DNA from: Eledone cirrhosa
Taxonomy: Eukaryota
NCBI GenBank assembly: GCA_964016885.1
Contig: OZ024741.1
Coordinates: 14,198,001 to 14,262,000, forward strand
Length of the DNA stretch: 64,000 bases
Direction: 5' to 3'
The notes below the pieces were generated by a model. That model worked only from the letters and a program-made list of their open reading frames with translations, ran no database searches and had not been told where the DNA came from. The translations under genes were made by a program, and so were the position numbers. Below are positions 1-12,640 of this stretch, one piece after another; positions within the stretch are counted from its first letter, which is position 1, and each line of letters begins with the position of its first letter.

Positions 1-1667
1 AATTTGATGGTGTGTTTGTTAAATATTTTACTATAGATATGTGAGGGAGGGAAGCATTTATTTAAGGCACTAAAAAATAATTTAGGAATATTGTTATTAA
101 TAGAGATGGAGAAAGGAGCATTATACCAGATTATGTTTTTGTATCTAGGTCTTTTATTAAAATTATTGGAATGGTCATGATTAATTATTCTACTGTAAGT
201 TTTCCTAGAATTTGTTTCTTTATTATATTTGATTTTATCTGGATAGCCGGCTTTAGAAAGTGCGTTATTATAGTAATTGGCGTTAGCATCAAAGATGTTT
301 TTATTAGAAGATATGTTAGATATTCTATTTCCAATATTATTAACTATAGCATTCTTGATATTGGTAAGATGGTTAGATTTAAAGTTAACATAATTAAGAT
401 TCTCATTGTTTTTATGGTAAGGGTAATATAGGCCAGTGTCAAGATTAAGAGATACATCCAAGAAATTAGCTAGTTTGATACTATTATCAAATTCAATTTT
501 TAGGTTATGTTGGTTAAAGAGATTACGTATATTGTTCTTAATAATATTAAGTTTAACTATATTGCAATTTAGGATAGTAAAGAGTCCATCGTCACGATAA
601 ATTCCACCGCGAAGTTGAGGAATTTTCCGACTCAAAGAGTTCAAAATGAAGATACCAATTAAATCAGTCAATTGGGATGAATCGGATGCTCCCATTGTGA
701 TGTCGAAGTTGTTAGAGGTATCGGCTCTGGTCCAATATTCGTTGTTGAACTCTAGGATGGTTTTACGTGCGGTGAGGATAATGTGAAGTTCATCTGTGGT
801 GATGTCAGAATATTTAAGTGCGAAAGATAGAGCATTATTGAGAAGTGAAGGCGAAATGGAGGAATAGTAGCTGGCAATATCGAATTGAATAAATTTTAGT
901 TTGTTTTTATTATCCAATTTGTTGAACCAGCCAATCACTTCAGAAGTACCAAACCATAAATTTAGGTTTAAAGAAGAGCAATTAGAACTAACCTGTGGGA
1001 TAATCCTATCCAAGATGGCTTTACTAACAACCCCCAGATCAGATTTAGAGGGGGCGATTAATCTAACAGGTAGTTCAGTGCGAAAATTGTTTTTGTGATC
1101 CTTGAGATTTATCCTCGGAGTTCTTGGGAGGAATGGTTCGGTCTTTTTTTCAATGCCAAGTTTTGACATAATCTCATAGGCTTCAAGGTTTATGCATTCT
1201 AAATTTTCATGGTTGGTTTTACGATACTTTTTCCTAAGTTCCTTTAGGATAAGGTTGTTATAATTATCCTTGGAAATACCATATAGGTTATTGGTTTTGT
1301 CAGAGTGGACTAAAACATTTTTTGAGGAATTTAGGTTAGAGATTGTGTTCTTGAGATTTACAAGGTGCTCTTGTCCTTTGTAAGGGTATCTCTTGAATTT
1401 AAGATTTTTTATTATTTTAGTTAATTCTTCCTCGAATTGTGCTAGATTTTTGTTGGAAGGAGGATTTCGTCTAGAATTAAAAAGATGATCGAGGAAGTTG
1501 TGTTCTTTGGTATGAAAGTTCCCTTTTAGGCGCAGGTCATAGAAATAGGCTGTCCATCTAAGTCTTCTTACGAAGGAGTCAGTTTTTTCAATAAGAAGTT
1601 TGGTGAATTCGGATTTACTAGGTATAGGAATGTCTTTAGTTGAATTGGTTATGTTGTAATAATCCAT
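1..1667 (-). CDS. Penelope-like retroelement reverse transcriptase ORF (3' end beyond window edge)
   Basis: Manual translation from the ATG at 1667 gives MDYYNITNSTKDIPIPSKSEFTKLLIEKTDSFVRRLRWTAYF..LKDHKNNF..VRLIAPSKSDLG..QFDIASYYSSI..FDITMGASDSSQLTDLIG..GIYRDDGL (YRDD at 588-599)..NFLDVSLNL..KNIIWYNAPFS. No stop was seen before position 1. It is absent from the ORF track, probably because it has no stop inside the window. Confidence 0.88.
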   Translation of the reverse strand, partial: MDYYNITNSTKDIPIPSKSEFTKLLIEKTDSFVRRLRWTAYFYDLRLKGNFHTKEHNFLDHLFNSRRNPPSNKNLAQFEEELTKIIKNLKFKRYPYKGQEHLVNLKNTISNLNSSKNVLVHSDKTNNLYGISKDNYNNLILKELRKKYRKTNHENLECINLEAYEIMSKLGIEKKTEPFLPRTPRINLKDHKNNFRTELPVRLIAPSKSDLGVVSKAILDRIIPQVSSNCSSLNLNLWFGTSEVIGWFNKLDNKNKLKFIQFDIASYYSSISPSLLNNALSFALKYSDITTDELHIILTARKTILEFNNEYWTRADTSNNFDITMGASDSSQLTDLIGIFILNSLSRKIPQLRGGIYRDDGLFTILNCNIVKLNIIKNNIRNLFNQHNLKIEFDNSIKLANFLDVSLNLDTGLYYPYHKNNENLNYVNFKSNHLTNIKNAIVNNIGNRISNISSNKNIFDANANYYNNALSKAGYPDKIKYNKETNSRKTYSRIINHDHSNNFNKRPRYKNIIWYNAPFSISINNNIPKLFFSALNKCFPPSHIYSKIFNKHTIK

Positions 1668-1747
1668 GTTGTAGAAGAAGAGGTGAAGGACCATCAAAAG
1701 GTATCCAATATGAGAGTAAGCGCTCAACCGTTAAGGAGCAAGTTAAG

Positions 1748-2393
1748 GTAGGAGGTGAGTTTTATTGTAGTACAATAAAGCAATGCAGATATCGGATAAG
1801 AAGCACTCTACAGTTTGTGGGACTGGAGTATGCATAATATAATATCAAAAGATGGTTAAAGGAGTTCCATATATTTTATTATGCGCATTTCAAAAACAAA
1901 CATCATCAAGCACATATCCTCCCTTCGTTAATTTTCAAAATTTTTAATTTATACAGTATCTTCCAACGGTTTTCAACCCCTCTATGTAAAACAATATATC
2001 TCCTCTCAGTTATAAAAACTATCTCTTTCTCTCTATCACCCATCTCTCCCTCTCATCTCCTTCACTTTTCATCCCCCCCCCCTCTCTAAATAAAATATTT
2101 TTCCCAATATCACACATCAATCTAAAACCACTTTTCATATGTTGATTAAAAACTGCACTATCAACAAGTGTTTTTTTAGCCTTCATATCATGTTCTCCTG
2201 TTTTATCTGATGAAAACACAAATATTATTGCTTGATGATGTTTGTTTTTGAAATGCGCATAATAAAATATATGGAACTCCTTTAACCATCTTTTGATCTT
2301 ATATTATGCATACTCCAGTCCCACAAACTGTAGAGTGCTTCTTATCCGATATCTGCATTGCTTTATTGTACTACAATAAAACTCACCTCCTAC
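1748..2393. repeat. Inverted pseudo-LTR pair upstream of the PLE ORF (arms 1748-1912 / 2229-2393)
   Basis: Near-perfect ~165 bp inverted repeat. The ORF track shows the same peptide on both strands (1640+ and 2304-). Confidence 0.9.
2199..2269 (+). ncRNA. Minimal hammerhead ribozyme
   Basis: tgttttat-CTGATGA-long stem II-GAAA-tgcgca (palindromic stem III)-TA-ataaaata. Stem I pairs. Confidence 0.8.
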
Positions 2394-5300
2394 ATTATAT
2401 ACATACATATATATATACAAAGACTTTTGAACATTATTTATAATAACAATTTGGTAAAAACCGAAGAGCCTAACTTCACCCAGGCAGGGGAGTTCCCCCA
2501 CCTCAAAATGATAAAAGTCCCAGGGGACATATACATAACTTTAAATGACAATTTTAAAGAGGACGTGCCCCCCCCCCCCCCCCTGCGTCGGACCCATTAA
2601 CCGCGTCCTCTTAAAACATTTCCCCACCCCCTCCCCAAACATCCCAACCTCACCACACACTGATGCCCCCACTCTACCACAAACCTCCACCCCACCCAAC
2701 AACACCTCCCCCACTCCCATGGAAATTGTGCGACCTGGTCCCTGGGACGCAGAGAGGTAGGTGCCTCCTTTTTCTCTTTACCACCAACATGGCTGTATTG
2801 AGAGTGGCTTGTCTAAATGCGCGTGGCCTGGGTTCATATTGGAAGCAAGCAAATCTTCTAAATGACCTTAGGTCACGCTGTATAAATGTGATGGTCATTT
2901 GCGAGGCCCGGATCAGCAGCGTGCGCCAGCTAGCCCCCACATTTGACGACTTTGAGATGCACACATCTCTCTGTCAACCCGGAGGTGGGGGTGGGGTTGT
3001 TGTTCTGCTGCAAAAACATCTGGGTATCGCGGCACAGACGGTACACCTGGACCCGGAGGGTCGATTGGTGGTTTTAGACGCTGGCAGTGGTGAAGGCGGA
3101 GCGTTTAGGCTGGTCGCCGCCTACGCCCCTTTTGGGTCAGCGCGGCCGGATTTCTTCCAGCCTCTGGAGACTTTTCTGGGGACGTCCCGCTCCTTGCTTT
3201 TAGTGGGGGACTGGAATGGTATCCTAAATGCACGTTGGGACTATGTAGGGGCATGTCCCGATAGAGAGGGGTGTAACAGCCTCAAGGAGTTAATCGGCCG
3301 ATTTGACCTGGCTGATAGATATCGACTAGATTTTCCGACTGCGCCAACCTGGACTTGGGCAAACCGTAGCGGATCATCTAGGTCGTACCTAGATAGGGTC
3401 CTAGTTAGAAATAAGGATAGGGACCTTTTAAGCTGTCCAAAGATGCTCATGGTTGGCTATTCGGATCACAAATTAGTGACCTGCATACTCAACCTGGATA
3501 GAACCCATAGACAGGGACCCGGTTACTGGAAACTGAACTTGTCCTTACCGGCAAGTAAAGTGTACAGGGACCGGATTAGAACTTTAGTTAAGGAGCGGTT
3601 GACGGGAGCGATCGTCAACAGCAGGTGGTGGGGATCTCTCAAAAGAGAGATTAGAGTAGTTTCAATAGGATTTAGTAAGGAGGTAGTCTCAGATAGAAAT
3701 ACGAAGGAAAGGGAGTTGGTAGATAGTGTAGAAGAGGAAATTAGAAGCGGCGACGTGGCCAGAGTGCTAACGTCGAGAACGGCCTTGGACCAGTTCTTTG
3801 ACGCGAAGCACGAAGGCTGCGTTGTCCGAAGCAAGATACGTGCTCTGGGAAACGAGGGGACCAAAGCTGTTAGCTGGGCCCGCGTGACAGAAGCCAAAAG
3901 TGGGATTAGAAACACTATCCAGACTTTGCGAGACCAGGATGGACGGGTGATCTTTGAACCTAAGCATATGTGTGAGGTCTTTCAAAGGCACTTTACCCGA
4001 TTGTTCGGGAGGGGCGGGGGGCCGGATGGGGATGTGGACTTCGGTCCATACCTCGACGGCCTGCCGCGTCTTTCGGACAAGGAGTCCTGCAAGGGGCTGA
4101 TTTCAGCTGCTGAGATAGAGGACGTGCTGAGCCGATGCGGCAAACGCAAATCCTCGGGTCTCGATGGTCTTCCATACGAACTATATCTAGCTATGCCGGA
4201 CTTGTTCCTCGATCTCCTCGAAGCGGTCTACTGCAACTGGCAACAGAACGGGAGAATTCCCTGTTCTGTGGCCAAGGGCGTAGTCTCGCTAGTGAGGAAG
4301 GACGAGAACAAGGGGACGAAATAAGTAATTTCAGGCCCATAACTCTGCTAAATGCAGAGTTAAAGATTTTGGCCAAGGTGTTAGCAAAGAGGTTGGCGCT
4401 TGTCGTGGGCAACCTGGTGGCAGATGCGCAGACATATGCTATCCCGTCCAGGTCCATCCACGATAACCTCCACCTTATGCGATACATTATAGAGAGGATT
4501 GGGAACGAACCCGGCTTTGGTGGGGCCCTGATCAACTTGGATCAATCTAAGGCGTTCGATAGGGTTGACCATGGTTACCTGGATGCAGTGCTAGTGGCGG
4601 CAGGTTTCGGACCCGTTTTCAGGGGTTGGATCACTGCCATGCACAGCAGCCGCATCTGCTCTAGAGTCAAGGTGAACGGCTACCTTTTGGAGCCGTTCGA
4701 AATCACGCGGTCCATCCGACAAGGGTGCCCTCTCTCCTCCCTTCTGTGAGCCCTCGAGCCACAGCTGCGGAAGTTGGAGTTTGTTGCAGGGCATCCCTTT
4801 GGAACCGGGATTGCGGAAAGCGGTGTCGGCCTACGCCGATGACGTGACAGTAATGGTGTCGACCGCCTCGGAAATCGGGGCGATCGGCACCTTACTGGAG
4901 GAGTACGAAAGGTTTACAGGGGCTAAGCTGAACCGGGACAAGTCGATCGGGTTGCAACTCGGCCCGTGGAGGGGCAAATCGATGCCCTCCGATTGCGTCG
5001 TCGGACGCTGGACGAAGGGCCCGGTGAAGTTGCTCGGGGTCTGGTTCGGACCAGACCTCCAGGTGGAGAAGAACTGGGGTGAGGTAACGAACAGGGTGTT
5101 TGAACTAACCCAGAAGTGGGCCGAAAGGTCGGGCGGAGGTGGCGAACACTTATATAGCGTCCGTGATCTACTACCGCCTGACCGTCGTGCCTTGCACAAG
5201 AGAAACGCTCACCAAAATGGGGCGCGCACTCTTCCAATTCCTTTGGAAGAAGCGGGCCTCTTTGGTGAGGAGATCCATCTGCTGTCAACACCTTTCGAAA

Positions 5301-6436
5301 GGAGGGCTGGGGATGCCCTGGCTGCTGATGCGTAAACACGCATTAAGGCTACGGCACCTCCACGTATTCCTCACCTGTCAACCGGTGTGGGCCCCGTTTG
5401 TGAGACGAACCTTTCCGAGACTCGTCTCACTCACCGAGCTGCAATCCTGGGTCAAGCAAGGACCGAGAAAACTGGGCGCCTGGCACACCGAGTGTGCCCA
5501 GGCGCTCATGGCTCTCTGGCAGGCGGGCCCGGCTATCAGTGGATACTCCACCTCGACATTCTATAGAGGGCTGGTACGCAGCAGGTGCGACGACCTCCTC
5601 GGGGAAGCCGTAGGCATAGAGGAAGACGAACTGGCCAGCCTGTTCGGTAGGACATTTAGCCTGGGACCCATGGATAACTTCCAGAGGTCCCTGGCCTGGC
5701 AGTGCTACCGAAGGGTTCTGCCCGTTCGAGAAAAGCTCTACAGACACGGGCGCCCGGGTAGGGGCCCCTCGAAAAATATCTGTCCCAGATGCGTGCGTGA
5801 CGAGGAAACCGTCGCGCATGCATTGGTACACTGCCCGGCCGTCGCCGAACTGTGGGGCTATGTCGAACGATTGCTGTCACGGGTGGGACCTATCCAGTTG
5901 ACCACCGAGTCCATTACAACAATCACGCCGCCTCCCCCCTTCAAAAATGAAGGAGAGGCGGTGTTTCTGTGCGTAATAGCCATGGTGAGAGAGGTTGTAT
6001 GGTGGACGCGTTTGAAAGGACTGAGGTTAGACACCTTTCTCTCTGGCCAACAACTGATCCTTTTCTTCTGATATCATTTCGGAAGAAGGATCAGGATGGA
6101 GAGAGAGGTGCTCCACCCCAGTCGTTTTTATGAAAAGTGGGTGAAAGTGGCGAGAATGGCCCGTGTGCATGGGCCTTCTCTCTATATCAGCCTGTAGGTA
6201 AGAAAGATGGAAGAATAAGGGAGCACCCTCTCTCTGTGCTCCTGAGGAGAAGGGTTACACACTTTTTCGGGCGTGTGTGCGACCCCCAAACACGCCTCCT
6301 CCCTATTGAGGACTTTATTATTAATTTTATATTTGTTATTTGTTTTTTTTTTACTCGTTCTTTTGTGTAAACTCACCCCCCCCCCTTTCTATTTGTCCTC
6401 TTCTTTTGCGGGCTCAAGGCAATAAATAGAAACATC
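2394..6436 (+). mobile_element. L1/Tx1-type LINE lacking its 5' part (ORF1 C-terminus, ORF2, 3' UTR)
   Basis: ORF1 tail is homologous to the copy at 61.6-62 kb. ORF2 has APE, RT and C-terminal Cys/His motifs. The element ends at AATAAATAGAAA followed by atcta(ta)n. Confidence 0.93.
2789..6197 (+). pseudogene. LINE ORF2 (APE endonuclease + RT + C-terminal zinc finger), frameshifted
   Basis: Motifs LNARGL, GDWN, SYLDR, SDHK, GLDGLP, FRPITLLN, DQSKAFDRV, RQGCPLS, YADD and CPRC..ETVAHALVHC. Frame breaks near 4320, 4745 and 5130, and a premature TGA at 6069. Confidence 0.93.
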
Positions 6437-6662
6437 TATATATATATACACTCTTATTACTCTTATTAATGTCATTAATGAATTGTTTTCATGCTATGTT
6501 TGCTCTGCTACAAAGCCGTGAGAAAGAAAAAGGTTTTCATTAATTAAATCCCCATTAATATTTATCAGGTAAGTCACGGTTATCTTCCATAGAAGTAGAT
6601 TAATTAATAGTTACATAACTTATGTAAAGACACCTGACTTTCTGGTCACGGTTGTCGGCTCA

Positions 6663-7689
6663 TGTGTGTGTGTGTGTGTGTGTGTGCCAGTGTGTGGTGG
6701 TGTATATATGTGTGTGTGCACCCAAGTGTGGGCGTGTATATATATGTGTGTACAAGTGAGTGTGTGTATATGTGGTGAGTGTTTGTATATGCCAGTGTGT
6801 GGGTGTCTATATATGTGTATGAGTGTGTGTATATGTGTGTATGTGCCAGTGTGTGGGTGTGTATATGTGGTGAGTGTTTGTATGTGCCAGTGTGTGGGTG
6901 TGTATATATATGTGTGTGTGTGAGGGTGTATATATGTGTGTATGTGCCAGTGTGTGGGTGTGTATATATATATGTGTGTGTGTGTGTGAGGGTGTATATA
7001 TGTGTATATGTGCCATTGTGTGGGTGTGTATATGTGGTGAGTGTTTGTTTGTGCCAGTGTATGGGTGTGTATATATATATGTGTGTGTGTGTGTGAGCCA
7101 GTGTGTGAGGGTGTATATATATATATATGTGTGTGTGCCCATGTGTGTGGGTGTATATATATATATATATGTCTGTGTGAGTGTGTGTATAACTATATAT
7201 ATGTGTGTGTATGTGGTGTGTGTATAACTATATATATGTGTGTGTGTATGTGTGTATGTGGTGTGTGTATAACTATATATATGTGTGTGTATGTGGTGTG
7301 TGTATAACTATATATATGTGTGTGTGTATGTGTGTATGTGGTGTGTGTATAACTATATATATGTGTGTGTGTATGTGTGTATGTGGTGTGTGTATAACTA
7401 TATATATGTGTGTGTGTATCTGGTGTGTGTATAACTATATATGTGTGTGTGTATGTGTTGTGTGTATAACTATATATATGTGTGTGTGTATGTGTGTATG
7501 TGGTGTGTGTATAACTATATATATGTGTGTGTGTATGTGTGTATGTGGTGTGTGTATAACTATATATATGTGTGTGTGTATGTGTGTATGTGGTGTGTGT
7601 ATAACTATATATATGTGTGTGTGTATGTGGTGTGTGTATAACTATATATATGTGTGTGTGTATGTGTGTATGTGGTGTGTGTATAACTA
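6663..7689. repeat. Compound (GT)n/(AT)n-based minisatellites
   Basis: Recurring gccagtgtgtgggtgtgtat units, then gtatgtggtgtgtgtataactatatatat units. Confidence 0.9.
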
Positions 7690-7944
7690 AGAATGGTTTT
7701 CTGAAAAGAAACGGCAACGAACCATAGTAAAATAAGCTGCTCTGCTCAATACAGAGAGGGTCTCCTCCGTTCCACTCATTTTAAATCACCAGGACTTTCC
7801 TGATGATTTGAAACGAATGAAACAGTTCTAGTTCGGTAGAATTAAGTTTTACTATATGTATACATAGGCTTGCTCACTACCGGACCTTCTTTGGGGTTTC
7901 GGGGTACGCGAACTTTGTGCGTCCATCATGCTCATGGATATTAT

Positions 7945-8106
7945 CCGAGCAAGATGGTTGGATAACATCGATGAGTTTGGCGGGTCTCACTTGAAGATCC
8001 AGCCAGATCTATTGGAGACGGTTGCTTCTGACAGGACCTGCTGGGAGGGGTGGTTGAGGACTCTGCTGCCCCCACGACCCTTTCAGGAATATGTGGGCGA
8101 AGAAGA
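7945..8106 (+). mobile_element. 3' fragment of an RTE-clade LINE
   Basis: RARWLDNI..LKIQPDLLETVASDRTCWEGWLRTLLPPRP resembles the C-terminus of RTE/Expander ORFs. Confidence 0.6.
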
Positions 8107-8194
8107 TATATATATAACGAAGGAAGTGTGGTAAGGAACTAGGTGGACCATAACGCACCAGACTACTCGATACTTTGGGTAGTAGAGTAGGTAA

Positions 8195-8313
8195 TAGGAA
8201 AAGGTTTAGGACCCCGACGGCAGAGCTCAAGCCGTTTCGACGGCTATTCCTGGACTGTCCAGAAATAGAGGTCGAAACGGCTTGAGCTCTGCCGTCGGGG
8301 TCCTGAACCTTTT

Positions 8314-8317
<4 letters not shown>
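8195..8317. repeat. Fold-back repeat between TA tracts, putative PLE pLTR remnant; homolog at ~50021-50135
   Basis: ~47 bp arms around a spacer that itself forms a hairpin. gaaacggc..gagctc.gccgtcggg..tactctactaccc..tcgagta recurs at 50 kb. Confidence 0.75.
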
Positions 8318-8399
<82 letters not shown>

Positions 8400-8409
8400 A
8401 GAAAAGCCA

Positions 8410-8615
8410 GATGTGAGAAAAACCACAGACCCTCCATCTCAACTCACCTTTTGAAAAGCAGAAGAACTGCGAAACCGGTAAAGGAACCAAATAAATATAT
8501 ATATTTTTAAAAAAATAAGACTTCAGTTGCATTTTCGATTTCATCCCTTTTTCTTTATACTTTCACTCGTGTAGGACACCTCGGTTATTTTTCATTTTGT
8601 AAAAAAAAAACTCAC

Positions 8616-8623
<8 letters not shown>
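8410..8623 (+). mobile_element. Short HHR-bearing repeat between (TA)n tracts; other copies at 12014-12148 (+), 12633-12797 (-) and 12798-12943 (+)
   Basis: Four near-identical copies can be read directly in the sequence. Confidence 0.85.
8447..8484 (+). ncRNA. Minimal hammerhead ribozyme, U3:A8 core variant
   Basis: cctt-TTGAAAA-gcag(aagaa)ctgc-GAAA-ccgg-TA-aagg. Confidence 0.72.
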
Positions 8624-8683
<60 letters not shown>

Positions 8684-8829
8684 ATGCTTTGGGAGGGTCA
8701 TGTTGCCAATAAGAAACACACGCACCAGTAACTTTCACTTCAATTTATTATAATAAATTTATAAATTTAGGAATTTATAAATTTCCGGTTGGTTCGTTGG
8801 TTCCACAACCAGATGATTGTTAATATATT

Positions 8830-8872
8830 GTCAAAGTTCTTTCGTCACACATTCTGTGACCTCTTCAGTGAC
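8830..8872 (-). ncRNA. Minimal hammerhead ribozyme
   Basis: gtca-CTGAAGA-g-gtcaca..tgtgac-GAAA-gaac-TT-tgac. Confidence 0.75.
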
Positions 8873-9224
8873 TGAGAATTCTTTTCTTTGATTTTGTGCC
8901 TCTCCTTTGTTCTGTCCTACGCCATCTTGTTTTTGTGTGTGTTGTGTGCTTAGTTTGCGCATGTGTTACATCCGGGTGTCTGTGTGTGTTTATATTTGTT
9001 TATTTATTTGTTTATTTACATGTTACTGGTTGGTTGTTTGTTCTCTGTGCGTGTGTGTTTTCATTTTGTCCTTAATTGTAAGTTGTGATGTTGCTGTTCC
9101 ATTCATGTTTTCTATTTAATTTTGGTTGGAGTTCATTTATGTTTGTTGCCTCTGTGATTTGTCTAAACATTGCGTCTTTTCTGTGTGTAGATTCTATTTT
9201 TATTTCTATGTTCTCTAATTTAAA

Positions 9225-9890
9225 ATGGTAAATAATGACACAAATTGGACCTGCCTTTTGTATAGGAGCACATTTTGGAATAGAATAGAAAGAACTAGGA
9301 ATAAGGTTAATAGAATAAACTCATGGTATGATAGCAATAAATACCAGAGTGTAATGTTCATCGATACAACCCCTAGAGGTGAATTAGCTTACAAATTTAG
9401 AAGGGCGCTAGATAAACATAAACTCAATATTAAGATAGTAGAAAAAACCAGGTATCTCCATAAAAACACTTATTAGCAATACATACCCTTTTCAAAGACC
9501 TCCCTGTATAGATAAGAAATGTATAATCTGTAAATTAAGCCCCCATATTAACTGTAAAACTAGAAATGTAGTATATAGCATAAGATGTACTGAAGGACAA
9601 TGTAGAGATAAGAATATAGTGTACATAGGTGAGACAGCTCGTAGTATAGGGTAACGGATAAATGAACACTGGCGAGACCTTCAAGATGGTAAAGAATCAT
9701 CTGTACTCTACGAACATGCTAAAATAGAACATAAGGGTACATTAGAGAACATAGAAATAAAAATAGAATCTACACACAGAAAAGACGCAATGTTTAGACA
9801 AATCACAGAGGCAACAAACATAAATGAACTCCAACCAAAATTAAATAGAAAACATGAATGGAACAGCAACACCACAACTTACAATTAAGG
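9225..9890 (+). pseudogene. PLE C-terminal GIY-YIG endonuclease remnant
   Basis: SVMFIDTTPRGEL..KIVEKT, then after frameshifts CIIC..CKTRNVVYSIRC..VYIGETARSIG*RINEH..EH..RQITEA..PKLNRKHEW. Confidence 0.85.
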
Positions 9891-10087
9891 ACAAAATGAA
9901 AACACACACACACATAGAACAAACAACCAACCAGTAACATGTAAATCAACAAATAAATAAACAAATATAAACACACACAGACACCCGGATGTAACACATG
10001 CGCAAACTAAGCACACAACACACACAAAAACAAGATGGTGTAGGACAGAACAAAGGAGAGGCACAAAAACAAAGAAAAGAATCCCCA

Positions 10088-10130
10088 GTCACTGAAGAAG
10101 TCACAGAATGTGTGACGAAAGAACTTTGAC
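10088..10130 (+). ncRNA. Minimal hammerhead ribozyme
   Basis: gtca-CTGAAGA-a-gtcaca..tgtgac-GAAA-gaac-TT-tgac. Confidence 0.75.
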
Positions 10131-10459
10131 AATATATAAACAATTATCTGGTTGTGGAACCAACCAACCAACCGGAAATTTATAAATTCCTAAATTTATA
10201 AATTTATTATAATAAATTGAAGTGAAAGTTACTGGTGCGTGTGTTTCTTATTGGCAACATGACCCTCCCAAAGTATAACAATATCGGTTTCAACACACGT
10301 TTACAGATAAAGAATCTTGCTAAACAAATTCAGAAACGAAATATATATATATATATATAGATAGATATATAATATGAATGGACCCGTTATTTTTATCTAA
10401 AAACATTTTTTCCAATTCCACCCCGCCCGTCCCCTCAATCTATCTAGTTTCTCATTCTT

Positions 10460-10575
10460 TCTTCTGGTGAAGGGCTAGCATCCGAAACGTTAAGACTCGC
10501 TTCCTGCTAAATCAAGTTTTAACCTAATATATACCTTCCATATACTGTACCGATTGTGTTGTTATTTCTGTTTAC
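10460..10575 (+). mobile_element. PLE-type 3' end with a degenerate HHR (10460-10495); related pieces at ~12260-12371 (-), ~17955-18031 (+) and ~57082-57181 (-)
   Basis: tctt-CTGGTGA-aggg..tcc-GAAA-cg-TT-aaga, followed by a shared tail (tactgtaccgattgtgttgttatttctgtttac) that abuts (CA)n. Confidence 0.65.
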
Positions 10576-10660
10576 ACACACACACACATATATATATATA
10601 GAGAGAGGGAGATATTGTTATACTTAGGGAGGGTCATATCGTTGTAATAATATTGCCAGA

Positions 10661-10751
<91 letters not shown>

Positions 10752-11294
10752 CGCACAGACACTTGCACCATTTTCGCACACACGCAAGCATACATTTCCC
10801 ACGAACCCACATGCCCCTCTCTTAACCACACACATCTTCACATACACCCACACTGCCTCCGGATCTCGCACGATCTCCCCCACCCCATCCGACCCTTTTC
10901 CATACACACACACACACACATACACACACTACTCCAACACACACACCTACATACACCCCTACACCCATACAGGACTATACACATATAGACATACACTCCA
11001 CTCCAAAACTCACAAGCACGTACACCTGCTCTCCCACAGACTCTCATACACACACGTACATCTACACACACACATACACCTCACCTTCCGCCATCCCCGC
11101 TCGGACTCCATTTTTCCTTCCCCCTCTCTCTCCCCTCCACCCACCCCTCAAGCACCACCACACCCCTGCTCACCCATATCCATACGCCCCTCTCACTTTT
11201 TAATATTCTGTTTATTTTTCACTTCATGTTCCATTTTCGATTTTTCAAATTTTTTATTTCTATCTTTCTCGCTAACTCCTGCCTCCTCACTCCT

Positions 11295-11435
11295 TCACGG
11301 AGTTCCTCTCGCCCACTCTCCTGATGAAGGGCTCATGCCCAAAACGTCGCAACCGCGCAATCCACTCTCACCAAGCGGGAAACTAATAATATTTGTAACA
11401 TTTACTCCTGCGTTTGTCTGTTTTTTGTTCTTTGA
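11295..11435 (+). mobile_element. PLE-type 3' end with a degenerate HHR (CTGATGA at 11321)
   Basis: CTGATGA-a-gggc-tcat-gccc-AAAA (G to A)-cg-TC. Shares cggagttcct upstream with the copy at 55386. Confidence 0.5.
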
Positions 11436-11468
11436 TATTCCGAATTCTCTCTCTCTCTTTCGCTGTGG

Positions 11469-11536
<68 letters not shown>

Positions 11537-11555
11537 ATATACATATATACATACT

Positions 11556-11640
<85 letters not shown>

Positions 11641-11677
11641 GCATTCTCTCCATCCTTCTCATATCCAATCTCCCTCT

Positions 11678-11873
11678 TACTATCCTGTACTGTATCTCTA
11701 CTGTTCTCGTGACTAAGCTTCGTAGAGCTTATATTCAGCACTGGATGTTTGCTTATCATTTTCAAAATAAGAATAATTACTATTGCTAAATTTCACAAAA
11801 AGTCAGGGAATATTTAGAAATCCAGACGACGGTATTGATCTCAGAATCTTACTGGTACTCAGTTGATTGACAT
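11678..11873. repeat. Unclassified dispersed repeat; second, split copy at ~18295-18365 plus ~18580-18703
   Basis: Shared ttactatcctgtactgtatctctactgttct..actaagcttcgtagagctt and gcttatcat.ttcaaaataagaataattac..cagttgattgacat. Confidence 0.75.
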
Positions 11874-11964
11874 ATACATATATATATATACATATATACA
11901 TATATACATATATACATACATACATACATTTCTCTCTCTCTCTCTATATATATATATATGTATG

Positions 11965-12017
<53 letters not shown>

Positions 12018-12033
12018 CCTCCATCTCAACTCA

Positions 12034-12071
12034 CCTTTTGAAAAGCAGAAGAACTGCGAAACCGGTAAAGG
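12034..12071 (+). ncRNA. Minimal hammerhead ribozyme, U3:A8 variant (second copy; degenerate third copy at 12835-12872)
   Basis: Identical to 8447-8484. Confidence 0.7.
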
Positions 12072-12142
12072 AACCAAATAAATATATATATATTTAAAAA
12101 AAAAATAAGACTTCAATTGCATTTTCGATTTCATCCCTTTTT

Positions 12143-12186
<44 letters not shown>

Positions 12187-12205
12187 TAAATCATGTCTTT
12201 AGAAT

Positions 12206-12255
<50 letters not shown>

Positions 12256-12386
12256 ATGTAAAAGGTAAACAGAAATAACAACACAATCGGTACAGTATAT
12301 GGAAAGTATATATTAGGTTAACGCTTGATATAGCAGGAAGAGGGTCTTTAACGTTTCGGACGCAAGTCCTGCATATATATATATAT

Positions 12387-12602
12387 ATATTGTTATACTT
12401 GGGGAGGGTCATATTTGTGTAATATTGCCAGAATTAATAACAGAACACACTCACTGTTTGGTTGGTTTTCGCTTTTCGCTTCTGTGTCTTTTATATCGGT
12501 TAATTTAATTTCTTCGGTCCTGGCAATATTATACAAATATGACCCTCCCCACGTATAACAATATTTGTTTCGATACACAATTTCATATCAAAAACCTCCC
12601 AA

Positions 12603-12606
<4 letters not shown>
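12387..12606 (+). repeat. Mini fold-back element (arms 12387-12432 / 12520-12564, plus tail) between TA tracts
   Basis: Arms end in atgaccctccccacgtataacaatat. The tail is homologous to 49223-49270. Confidence 0.75.

Positions 12607-12640
<34 letters not shown>

Larger units (their letters stand above)
8677..10340 (+). mobile_element. 5'-truncated Penelope-like element with inverted pLTR (arms 8677-9219 / 9741-10284, tail to ~10340)
   Basis: ~540 bp inverted arms, a GIY-YIG remnant, an HHR in each arm, and (TA)n on both sides. Confidence 0.88.

Noticed and set aside
7792-7835. CTGATGA..GAAA hammerhead candidate
   Set aside because: The core is present but stems I and III pair poorly. It may be a decayed HHR and was not called.
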